Assembly (NCBI GenBank): GCA_964201975.1
Contig: CAXNGW010000001.1
Location: 1 to 60,294 of the forward strand
Source: Longimicrobiales bacterium
GTDB taxonomy: Bacteria; Gemmatimonadota; Gemmatimonadetes; Longimicrobiales; Gaopeijiaceae
Direction of reading: 5' to 3'
DNA: 60,294 nucleotides
Under the pieces are notes generated by a model, which was not told the origin of the DNA, did not search any database, and saw only the letters and a program-made list of their open reading frames with translations. Both the position numbers and the translations under genes were made by a program. Numbering within the stretch: the stretch's first letter is position 1; every line of letters begins with the position of its first letter. Shown here piece by piece: positions 8,736-16,629 of this stretch.

Positions 8736-9450
8736 ATGGCGGAGACCATGGTGGAGCGGCTCGCGGGCCGGGGATGGGACCTCCTCACCCTGGAGCACGA
8801 GCGCGTGGACTTCTGGGTCGAGCGCTTCACCACCGACCCGGACATGAAGGCCAGGATGGAGGGCTTCCTGTCCCGCGCCGGGTTGTACGCGCCCATGATC
8901 TCGATCAAGCTCGAGGAGCGGGACATGCCGCACGACCTGGTCTTCCTGGCGATGACCCGAGTCGGGGTTCGACCCCGAGGCGTATTCGGGTGCGAACGCC
9001 TCCGGACTTTGGCAGTTCATCGCCGAGACCGGGCGCCGGTACGGCCTGGTGGTGGTGACGGGCTCCGAACGCGCGAGCAGTGAGGAAGACTACTATCGGA
9101 TCTGGGACCGGCTGCCGGAGGAAACGCGCGACTACGTGCCCCTCATGATCGCCGCCGCGCGCATCGCCAAGGATCCGGGCCGGTACGGGTTCCAGCACGT
9201 CGTCCCGCTCGAGGCGCAGGAGTACGATGAAGTGAAGGCGGCGCCGAACACGGAGCTGTCCCGCATCGCCGCGGCCGCCGGCGTGGACGCGGACGCGCTC
9301 GCGGAGCTGAATCCCTTCCTGAAGGGGAAGCGGTCGCCCACGATCGACGGCTACCAGATCCGGGTCCCGCGGGGATCCGCGGAGCGGGTCGCGGCGGCGC
9401 TGGGGGGGGGGCGGGCTCCGGGCGAGTCCGCCACCCGGGCCGCCAATTGA
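8736..9450 (+). pseudogene. MltD-like lytic transglycosylase remnant (paralogue of 43594..44698)
   Basis: ORF 8736..9083 (RVDFWVERFTTDPDMKARMEGFLSRAG, MPHDLVFLAM) shifts frame at ~8955..8958. The shifted frame continues as ESGFDPEAYSGANASGLWQFIAETGRRYGL and then ORF 9049..9450 (YYRIWDRLPEETRDYVPLMIAAARI). About 45-50 aa present in the paralogue between RRYGL and YYRIW are absent. There is no signal anchor and no C-terminal LysM. Confidence 0.75.
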
Positions 9451-9460
9451 GCGGCGGGCG

Positions 9461-10684
9461 CTAGAGCTCTTCCTCGACCGTGAGCCCCTGGGCCTCGAGC
9501 GCGCGGACGATCGACTTGCCGTGGTCGCGGCCGCGCGTCTCGAGGTGCATCACCAGGTCCACATCGCCCACCGAGATGTCGGCGAAGGCGCGCCGGTGCA
9601 CGATCTCGAGCACGTTCGCCCCCTCCTCCGCGACCGCGTGCGCCAGCCGCGCGAGCGAGCCGGGGCGGTCCTGCATGCGCACCCGCAGCCGGATCAGGCG
9701 GCCGTCCGCCACCAGCCCGCGATCGATGATACGGGAGATGCGGTTGATGTCGATGTTGCCGCCCGAAAGCACGAACACCGTGGCCTGATCGGGCGACAGC
9801 GGCACCCGCCCGCTGAGGAGGGCGGCGGCCGGTGCCGCTCCGGATCCCTCGGCAACCGTCTTCTCGCGCTCGAGCAGCAGCAGGATGGCGGTCGCGATCT
9901 CTTCCTCGGTGACCACCACCAGGTCGTCCACCCAGTGCTGGATGTGCCCGAACGTGAGCTCGCCGACCTGCTTGGTCGCGATCCCGTCCGCGATCGTGTC
10001 GGCGTGCTCGATGCGGACGATGCGCCCCGCATCGCGCGATGCACGCGCCGACGGCGCCGCCGCGCTCTCCACGCCGATCACGCGCACGTCGGGGCGCTGC
10101 GACTTGATCGCGACCGCGATTCCCGAAATCAATCCGCCGCCGCCCACTGGCACCACGACCAGATCCACGTTCGGCACCTGCTCGAGGATCTCGAGCCCGA
10201 TGGTGCCCTGCCCCGCCATCACGTCGAGATCGTCGAAGGGGTGGATCATCACCAGCCCCTCTTCCTTCTCCAGCCGGCGCGCTTCCACCGCCGCTTCATC
10301 GAAGATGCTGCCGCGCAGCACGACGCGCGCGTGATAGCGCTCGTTGTTCTTGACCTTGATGCGCGGGGTGTTCTCAGGCATCACCACGGTGGCCTTGATC
10401 CCCAGCCGGTGCGCGTGGAAGGCGACCGCCTGGGCGTGGTTGCCGGCGCTCGCGGTGACGACGCCCTTCGCGCGCTGCTCCGGGCTCAGCTGGAGCATCT
10501 TGTTGAGCGAGCCGCGCTCCTTGAACGAGCCGGTGCGCTGCAGGTTTTCGAACTTCACGTGCAGCCGGCCGGGAATCAGGTCCCCGAACACGAGTGATTC
10601 CGTGCATGGCGTATGGACCAGCGCGCCGGCGATGCGCTCGCGCGCGACGCGCACGTCGGCGAGCGTCAACTCGGGGCGCTTCAC
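9461..10684 (-). CDS. ilvA: threonine ammonia-lyase (threonine dehydratase) with C-terminal ACT-like domain
   Basis: PLP-lysine motif TGSFKERGS, plus [10 protein letters not shown] and [11 protein letters not shown] 10684 forms a GTGA overlap with the upstream stop. The alternative ATG 10741 would overlap by 61 nt. Confidence 0.9.
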   Translation of the reverse strand: MKRPELTLADVRVARERIAGALVHTPCTESLVFGDLIPGRLHVKFENLQRTGSFKERGSLNKMLQLSPEQRAKGVVTASAGNHAQAVAFHAHRLGIKATVVMPENTPRIKVKNNERYHARVVLRGSIFDEAAVEARRLEKEEGLVMIHPFDDLDVMAGQGTIGLEILEQVPNVDLVVVPVGGGGLISGIAVAIKSQRPDVRVIGVESAAAPSARASRDAGRIVRIEHADTIADGIATKQVGELTFGHIQHWVDDLVVVTEEEIATAILLLLEREKTVAEGSGAAPAAALLSGRVPLSPDQATVFVLSGGNIDINRISRIIDRGLVADGRLIRLRVRMQDRPGSLARLAHAVAEEGANVLEIVHRRAFADISVGDVDLVMHLETRGRDHGKSIVRALEAQGLTVEEEL

Positions 10685-11217
10685 GGGCGCGCTTCGCTCC
10701 GCCCGAGCCCGCGGCTTCGGTGCAGGTAGCGAAGCCGCCATCCCACCTCGGTGCGCGCCACGACCCAGCTCTCCACCGCGGTCCAGGGCACGTTCTCGCC
10801 CGCCACCGACGCCTGGAAATCGAGCGACAGCAGCGCGGCGTCCGGGGAGAGCATCGAGAAGGTGGAGCCGGCGAGCGTCCAGCCGAGCCCGTCGGTGCCG
10901 CCGAGCAGCGGCCGCGGGAGCTGCGCCGCCGCGTCCGCGCGCGTCCAACGGACCTCGTCCTCCTGGTCGATCAGCACTGCGTCCCGAGTCGTCAGTTGCG
11001 CCACGCGCGTCACGTCACCCACGCGGAAGGCGTCGCTGACCGCGGCCAGCGTGGCCCGCACGGTGTCCTCGAGCGGTCCCCCCGACGGAGTGGACGCGCT
11101 GTACTGGGTGCCGGCGGCAGGCTGCTGCGCGGCCAGGTCGGGCCGCTTCTCGAAGCGGCAAGCCGAACCCAGCGCGACCACGCCGAGCAGGAGCCCGGCG
11201 CGCCGGCGCACGCTCAC
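10681..11217 (-). CDS. lipoprotein, SnoaL/NTF2-like fold suspected
   Basis: Lipobox (LLLGVVALGSAC). GTGA overlap with the upstream gene. The C-terminal pattern WTAVESWVVARTEVGWRLRYLH is typical of NTF2-like domains (weak call). Confidence 0.65.
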   Translation of the reverse strand: MSVRRRAGLLLGVVALGSACRFEKRPDLAAQQPAAGTQYSASTPSGGPLEDTVRATLAAVSDAFRVGDVTRVAQLTTRDAVLIDQEDEVRWTRADAAAQLPRPLLGGTDGLGWTLAGSTFSMLSPDAALLSLDFQASVAGENVPWTAVESWVVARTEVGWRLRYLHRSRGLGRSEARP

Positions 11218-11630
11218 CCGCGGGCCTTCGCCCGGTACACGCCCAGTCGGAGCGGAGGCTGGAGGCTGGAGGTGAAGTGGAGGCGGTTGTCGCTCTCCAC
11301 GACCACCACGCGCTGCTTGGTGTGGGTCTTCGGGTAGTCGGTGCCGGGCTCGCTCTCGACCATCAGGCGCTCGTCCGGTCCGAGCTCGCCGTACAGCGTC
11401 CGCAAGCGCTTCTCCAGGTCGGCGAGCAGCACCTGCTCGACCTCGCCCTGGACCCAGCCTTCGGCGCTGCCCTCCAGCGCGTGCTCCCGCACGCGGTCGT
11501 GCGCGGCCAGGAACTCGTCGAGCGGCTGCGCGTGCTTCTGATCCTTACGGAAGCGGATCTCGGTGAGGGCCTTGGAGTCGAAATCGGGCTCCACGCTGTG
11601 CACCGAAGTGCCGTAACGGCGGAGGATCAT
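11214..11630 (-). CDS. hypothetical protein
   Basis: ATG 11630 (MILRRYGTSVH), high GC3, lies between the helicase and the lipoprotein in the same operon. No family recognised. Confidence 0.6.
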   Translation of the reverse strand: MILRRYGTSVHSVEPDFDSKALTEIRFRKDQKHAQPLDEFLAAHDRVREHALEGSAEGWVQGEVEQVLLADLEKRLRTLYGELGPDERLMVESEPGTDYPKTHTKQRVVVVESDNRLHFTSSLQPPLRLGVYRAKARG

Positions 11631-11652
11631 AGGGGGAAGCGCGCTCCGCAGG

Positions 11653-12909
11653 TCAGCTGAAGCCGAGCAGCTTCTGGAGCTCCTCGGGAGACAGGTCGTC
11701 CGCGTTCTTGGAGCCCACCGAGCGCGCGGAGCGTGCGTGCTTGCGCTCCACCTCGTCCTCCGCCGGCGGCGCACCCGAGTAGTCGTAGCCCTCGATGCGC
11801 TCGCGCGGGAATGTACGCCCCAGATGGTGCTCGATGGTGCGCAGCGTGCCCAGGTCCCCGGCGGTGACGAACGTGACCGCGGTCCCCAGCGCCCCTGCGC
11901 GGGCGGTGCGCCCGATGCGGTGCACGTAGTCCTCGGGGTCCATCGGCACGTCGTAGTTGACCACGTGGGTGATCCCGTCCACGTCGAGGCCGCGCTGCGC
12001 GATGTCGGTCGCCACCAGCACGCGCACCTTCCCCGACGTGAAGTCCTCGAGCGCCTGCGTGCGGTGCTTCATCTGCCGGTCCGAGTGCATCACGTCGGCC
12101 TTGATGCCCTCGCGCGCCAGCCGGCCCACCAGCACGTCGGCGCCGACCTTGGTGCGGCTGAACACCAGCACGTGGTTCCATCCCTCGTGCTGGAGCAGGT
12201 GCACGAGCAGGTCGGGCTTCTTGTCCGGCTTCACCGAATAGATCACCTCGGTGATGCCCGACGCGGTCGTGCCCGAGCGCGCGGCCTCGACCCAGAGCGC
12301 CTTGTGCGTGATGCGGAGCGCGAGGTCGTGCACGCCGTTCGGCATGGTGGCGGAGAACAGCATCGTCTGCCGGCCGCGGGGGAGCATCTTCAGCACGCGC
12401 TCGATGTCCGGCCGGAAGCCCATGTCCAGCATGCGGTCCGCTTCGTCCAGCACCAGGAAGGAGACGTGGGAGAGGTCCACGCGCCCGCGCCCCATGTGGT
12501 CGAGGAAGCGGCCCGGCGTCGCTACGATCACCTCCCACCCCTCCTGGAGGGCGTCGATCTGCGGCCCGTAGCCCACGCCCCCGTAGATGGCGGTACAGCG
12601 GATGCTCGTGCCCTTGGCCAGGGCCTCGCTGTCGTCGGCGACCTGCTGCGCGAGCTCCCGGGTCGGACAGAGCACGAGGATCTGGAGCCCCTTGCCCGGC
12701 TCGATGCGCTCGAGCGCCGGGATCATGAAGGCGCCCGTCTTGCCAGTGCCGGTCTGCGCGATCCCGACCACGTCGCGACCGGAGATCGCCGCGGGGATAG
12801 CCTGCCATTGGATGGGGGTGGGTCGCTCCCACCCGAGCGCCTCAACCGCGGCCAGCCGTGTCTCGGACAGCCCGAGGGCCTGGAAGTTCCTTGCTTCTTC
12901 GGTCATCAA
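11653..12909 (-). CDS. DEAD-box ATP-dependent RNA helicase (RhlE-like)
   Basis: All canonical motifs are present: Q (PTPIQ), I (AQTGTGKT), Ia (PTRELA), Ib (TPGR), II (DEAD), III (SAT), V (ARGLD), VI (HRIGRTAR). Confidence 0.95.
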   Translation of the reverse strand: MMTEEARNFQALGLSETRLAAVEALGWERPTPIQWQAIPAAISGRDVVGIAQTGTGKTGAFMIPALERIEPGKGLQILVLCPTRELAQQVADDSEALAKGTSIRCTAIYGGVGYGPQIDALQEGWEVIVATPGRFLDHMGRGRVDLSHVSFLVLDEADRMLDMGFRPDIERVLKMLPRGRQTMLFSATMPNGVHDLALRITHKALWVEAARSGTTASGITEVIYSVKPDKKPDLLVHLLQHEGWNHVLVFSRTKVGADVLVGRLAREGIKADVMHSDRQMKHRTQALEDFTSGKVRVLVATDIAQRGLDVDGITHVVNYDVPMDPEDYVHRIGRTARAGALGTAVTFVTAGDLGTLRTIEHHLGRTFPRERIEGYDYSGAPPAEDEVERKHARSARSVGSKNADDLSPEELQKLLGFS

Positions 12910-12987
12910 TTCCTGGTATCGAAAACGGGGTCGAGACCGCGAAACGTAAGCGCGGACGGGATTTCCGCACAGTCTGGAGCCGATTCC

Positions 12988-13491
12988 ATGCCCGACCGTC
13001 CCACCCCCGTCCTCTTCGTCTGCCTCGGCAACATCTGCCGCTCACCGCTCGCCGAGGGGGTCTTCCGGAGCCTGGTGCGGAGCCGCGGGCTGGAGGCCCG
13101 CTACCGGATCGACTCCGCCGGGACCGGGGGCTGGCACGCGGGCGAAGACCCCGACCCGCGCTCGATCGAAGTCGCCCTCAAGAACGGCGTCACGCTGACC
13201 GGCCGGGCCCGTCAGGTGGAGCCCGAGGATCTGACGGCCTTCGCATGGGTGATCGCGATGGACCGCCAGAACCTGCTCGAGCTGCGGACGCTCGCGCGCG
13301 CGTCGGGCGGCACCGCGCGGCTGCATCTCCTGCGCGAATTCGACCCTGAGCCCGGCGACGTCCAGGTGCCGGATCCCTACTACGGGGGCCCCGAGGGGTT
13401 CGATCTGGTCTACGAGATGGTGCATCGCGCGTGCGCGGCGCTGCTCGACGAGATCGAGGCCGCGCGGGCAGGGCGCGCCGAGCCGGCATGA
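12988..13491 (+). CDS. low-molecular-weight protein tyrosine phosphatase
   Basis: CX5R(S) loop VCLGNICRSP near the N-terminus. DPYY motif near the C-terminus. Confidence 0.9.
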   Translation: MPDRPTPVLFVCLGNICRSPLAEGVFRSLVRSRGLEARYRIDSAGTGGWHAGEDPDPRSIEVALKNGVTLTGRARQVEPEDLTAFAWVIAMDRQNLLELRTLARASGGTARLHLLREFDPEPGDVQVPDPYYGGPEGFDLVYEMVHRACAALLDEIEAARAGRAEPA

Positions 13492-14420
13492 GCGCGGGGC
13501 GGGCGGCGCGGCTAGCGCCTGCACTCTCCTCCGCGCTCGAGCGCGCGCTGGAGGGCGTTCTGGGCGGGGCGGTCCGGCTGGCCGGAGCCGAAGCGCTCGG
13601 AGGCGGCTGCGTGAACCCGTCCGCGCGTCTGACCACCGAGCGCGGCGAGCGGTTCTTCGTGAAATGGAACCCGCGCGCGCCGGCCGATCTCTTCGCGGTT
13701 GAAGCGGACGGCCTGCGGGCGCTGCGGACGGCGGCGGGGGCTGCGCTACGCGTCCCCGAGGTGCTGGCGGTGGGGCGAGGTGGGGGAGGCTCCCCGCCCT
13801 GGCTGCTGCTCGAATACATCGAACCCGGTCGGGCCGGGCCTGCCTATGCCTCCGCGCTCGGCGCGGGGCTCGCCTCCCTCCACCGCGCGCCCGCATCCGG
13901 CGGGTGGGGGTGGGAGCGCGACAACTTCATCGGCCCGTTGCCGCAGGCGAACGCGGCCGCGCCCACCTGGGGAGAGTTCTGGCGCGACCGCCGCCTCGCG
14001 CCGCAGCTGAAGCGAGCGCGCGCGGCCGGTCGCTTCCGGGGCGCCGATGCGGGCGTGCGGGACCGCGCGGTCGACAGCACGCCGGAGCTGCTCGCCGGCG
14101 TGGACGAGCCGGCGAGCCTGCTGCACGGCGACTTGTGGGGTGGGAACGTCCTCGCGGACGGAGAAGGCCGGCCGGCGCTGATCGACCCCGCGGCGTACCG
14201 CGGGCACCGCGAGGTCGATCTGGCGATGAGCGAGCTGTTCGGCGGCTTCCCTCCCGGTTGGCCCCGCGCGTACTCCGATTCCTGGCCCCTCGACGAGGGC
14301 TACGCGCGCGGGCGCCGCGCTCTCTACCAGCTCTATTACCTGCTCGTGCACGTCAACCTGTTCGGCGCGGGCTACGAGTCGGGCAGCCTGGCCGCGGCGC
14401 GCGCGGCGCTGTACGCCTAG
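13488..14420 (+). CDS. fructosamine kinase family protein
   Basis: ATGA overlap with the PTP gene. Motifs FFVKWN, LLHGDLWGGN, LIDPAAYRGHREVDLAM, YQLYYLLVHVNLFG. Confidence 0.9.
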   Translation: MSAGRAARLAPALSSALERALEGVLGGAVRLAGAEALGGGCVNPSARLTTERGERFFVKWNPRAPADLFAVEADGLRALRTAAGAALRVPEVLAVGRGGGGSPPWLLLEYIEPGRAGPAYASALGAGLASLHRAPASGGWGWERDNFIGPLPQANAAAPTWGEFWRDRRLAPQLKRARAAGRFRGADAGVRDRAVDSTPELLAGVDEPASLLHGDLWGGNVLADGEGRPALIDPAAYRGHREVDLAMSELFGGFPPGWPRAYSDSWPLDEGYARGRRALYQLYYLLVHVNLFGAGYESGSLAAARAALYA

Positions 14421-15616
14421 CGGCGCGCGAGCGCCCCCGCCAGCCGCCGGATCCCGTCCTCCAGCACCGCGTCGGCCGCCGCGTAGCTCATGCGCACCCA
14501 GCGGTCGTCCCCGAACGCCGAGCCCGGCACCAGCGCCACGCCGGTCTCCTCGAGCATCCAGGAGCAGAACTTGGTCGAGCTGGGGATCTCGTCGGTGAAC
14601 GCCGAGTCCACCCGGAAGAAAAGGTAGAACGCGCCCATCGGCTTCACATACGCGAAGTCGGGGAGCAACTCGTCGAACAAGCGCGTCACCAGGTCGCGGC
14701 GGCGGCGGAACGCGACCACCATCTCCTTCACGGCCTTGTCGGTGCGGGCGGTGTCGGTGAACGCCGCCAGCACGCCGACCTGAGTGGGTGTAGAAGCGTT
14801 CGAAGAAACGTGGCTCTGGACCGCGCCCAGCTCCTTGGCGGTGACCGTGTCGCAGTAGGAGAAGCCGAGCCGCCATCCGGTCATCGCGAACGCCTTCGAG
14901 GCGCCGTCCACCAGCACGAACTTCTTCCCCAGCGATCCCGCGGGCAGCTCGAGGATACCGGTCGCGGGCGTGCCCTTGTCATCGGCGAAATTGATGCAGC
15001 GGTAGATCTCGTCCGCGATCACCCAAACGTCCCGGTCGCGCGCCCACTCGATAACGGCCTTGAGCTCGTCACTCGGGTAGACGCTCCCCGTGGGGTTCGA
15101 CGGGGACGAGTAGATCAACCCCTTCGTATTCGGCGTCCATGCCCGCTCGAGGTCCGCGGGAGTGAGTCGGAAGTCGCGCTCCTCGCTCCCCATCACCGGC
15201 ACCGGCGTGGCACGCGCGAGCGTCACGATCTCGGGGTAGCTGGTCCAGTAGGGAGCGCCGATCAGGACTTCGTCGCCGGGCCCGAACAGACAGAAGCACG
15301 CGTTGAAGAGCGCCTGCTTGGCGCCCGACGTGACGACCACGCCCTCGGGGTCGAGCTCCCGCCCCGCGCGCTCCGACAGCGAGCGCGCGATCGCCTTCTT
15401 GAGCTCGGGCATGCCGGCCGGCGGCGTGTAGCGGGTCTTGCCCTTTCGGATCCCCTCGATCGCCGCGTCGGAGATGAACGTCGGCGTGTCGAAGTCCGGC
15501 TCGCCCGCGCTCAGATCGATGATGTCACGGCCTTCGGCGCGCAGCTTCTTGGCGAGCGCGCTCACCGCCATGGTGGCGGAAGGCTTGATCTTTTCGACGT
15601 TGGCGCTGAACGGCAT
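14417..15616 (-). CDS. class I pyridoxal-phosphate-dependent (aspartate-type) aminotransferase
   Basis: ATG 15616. Motifs GEPDFDTP, SPSNPTG and the PLP-lysine context GASKAFAMTGWRLG. The stop overlaps the convergent gene's stop in CTAG. Confidence 0.9.
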   Translation of the reverse strand: MPFSANVEKIKPSATMAVSALAKKLRAEGRDIIDLSAGEPDFDTPTFISDAAIEGIRKGKTRYTPPAGMPELKKAIARSLSERAGRELDPEGVVVTSGAKQALFNACFCLFGPGDEVLIGAPYWTSYPEIVTLARATPVPVMGSEERDFRLTPADLERAWTPNTKGLIYSSPSNPTGSVYPSDELKAVIEWARDRDVWVIADEIYRCINFADDKGTPATGILELPAGSLGKKFVLVDGASKAFAMTGWRLGFSYCDTVTAKELGAVQSHVSSNASTPTQVGVLAAFTDTARTDKAVKEMVVAFRRRRDLVTRLFDELLPDFAYVKPMGAFYLFFRVDSAFTDEIPSSTKFCSWMLEETGVALVPGSAFGDDRWVRMSYAAADAVLEDGIRRLAGALARR

Positions 15617-15724
15617 GGCTCCCTCTGACGTGGACGGGTTAGGGCATCGCTTCCGAAGACCGGAATATACGCCCGAGGCACCGGCTCTACCTAGCCGGCC
15701 CGGCGCTCCGCAGATTCGCCCGCC

Positions 15725-16312
15725 ATGACCCCTTCCTCCATCCGCTTCTTCTTCGACTACGTGGATCCGGGATCCTTCCTGGTGGAGCGGATCCTGTTGG
15801 GCCCCGAGGAGCGCGGCGAGGTCAGGGTCGAGCGCATCCCCTTCGAGGTCACCCCTCCCCCCGCACCGCTGGCGGATTCCACGAGCGATGAGTGGCAACG
15901 GTTCTGGGAGGGTGCACGCGACATGGCCGCTCGGGAGGGGGTCGCGCTCGCCAACCCGAGCCTCGTTCCCTGGACCCGTAAGGCGCACGAGATGGCGCTG
16001 CACGCGCGCGAGCTCGGCGTCTTCCCCGCCGTCCACCGCGCGCTCTTCGAAGCTTTCCTGATCGCCGGACGGGACCTCGGGCGGGTGGACGTGCTGCTCG
16101 ATCTCGCGGTGAAGCGCGGGCTCGACCTCACCGCGACCAAGGCCGTGCTCGACGTGGACCGGCATGCGCCGGCCATCGCACACGCGCGCGTCGAAGCGGA
16201 ACGCGAAGGAGTCCGGGGGGTTCCCACCCTGCTGGCCGCGCGCGGAAGGCTGGAAGGCTTCCGCGGCGCCGATGCGACCCTCGACTTTCTCCGTGGAGTC
16301 GCGGCCCCCTGA
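15725..16312 (+). CDS. DsbA-family / 2-hydroxychromene-2-carboxylate-isomerase-like thioredoxin-fold protein
   Basis: N-terminal IRFFFDYVDPGSFL sits in place of the CxxC motif. C-terminal GVRGVPTLL is typical of the family. Confidence 0.75.
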   Translation: MTPSSIRFFFDYVDPGSFLVERILLGPEERGEVRVERIPFEVTPPPAPLADSTSDEWQRFWEGARDMAAREGVALANPSLVPWTRKAHEMALHARELGVFPAVHRALFEAFLIAGRDLGRVDVLLDLAVKRGLDLTATKAVLDVDRHAPAIAHARVEAEREGVRGVPTLLAARGRLEGFRGADATLDFLRGVAAP

Positions 16313-16326
16313 CCGCGAACGTCCCC

Positions 16327-16629
16327 ATGTCTGGATATCTGCGAAAGACCGCTCTGAGCCCCGACGAGGTGCTGTCGGCCGCCGAGACGCTCCTCCCCGA
16401 GCGCATCGGCCTCAGCCGCGCCACGGGCTCCGGCCACGGCGCCACCTACACCGGCGCCGAAGGCACCGTCACGCTCGCCGCGCACCGCCACGGCGTGTAC
16501 ACCGAGGTGACCGCCAGCACCGATCGCCTGCGCACGTCGCGCGTGGACTACGAGATCCAGAAATTCCTGAACACCCTCCCCTACGAGCCCTTCGACCACG
16601 GTGGCCCGGGTTCGGGCGAGCTTACATGA
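16327..16629 (+). CDS. hypothetical protein (100 aa)
   Basis: High-GC3 ORF. ATGA overlap with the following helicase-like gene. No family recognised. Confidence 0.55.
   Translation: MSGYLRKTALSPDEVLSAAETLLPERIGLSRATGSGHGATYTGAEGTVTLAAHRHGVYTEVTASTDRLRTSRVDYEIQKFLNTLPYEPFDHGGPGSGELT

Noticed and set aside
15725-16312. DsbA-like protein lacking the CxxC motif, as a 'dead' oxidoreductase
   Set aside because: The DPGS-type N-terminus is normal for the HCCA-isomerase / kappa-GST-like branch of the DsbA fold, so the missing cysteines are probably family-typical rather than a loss.
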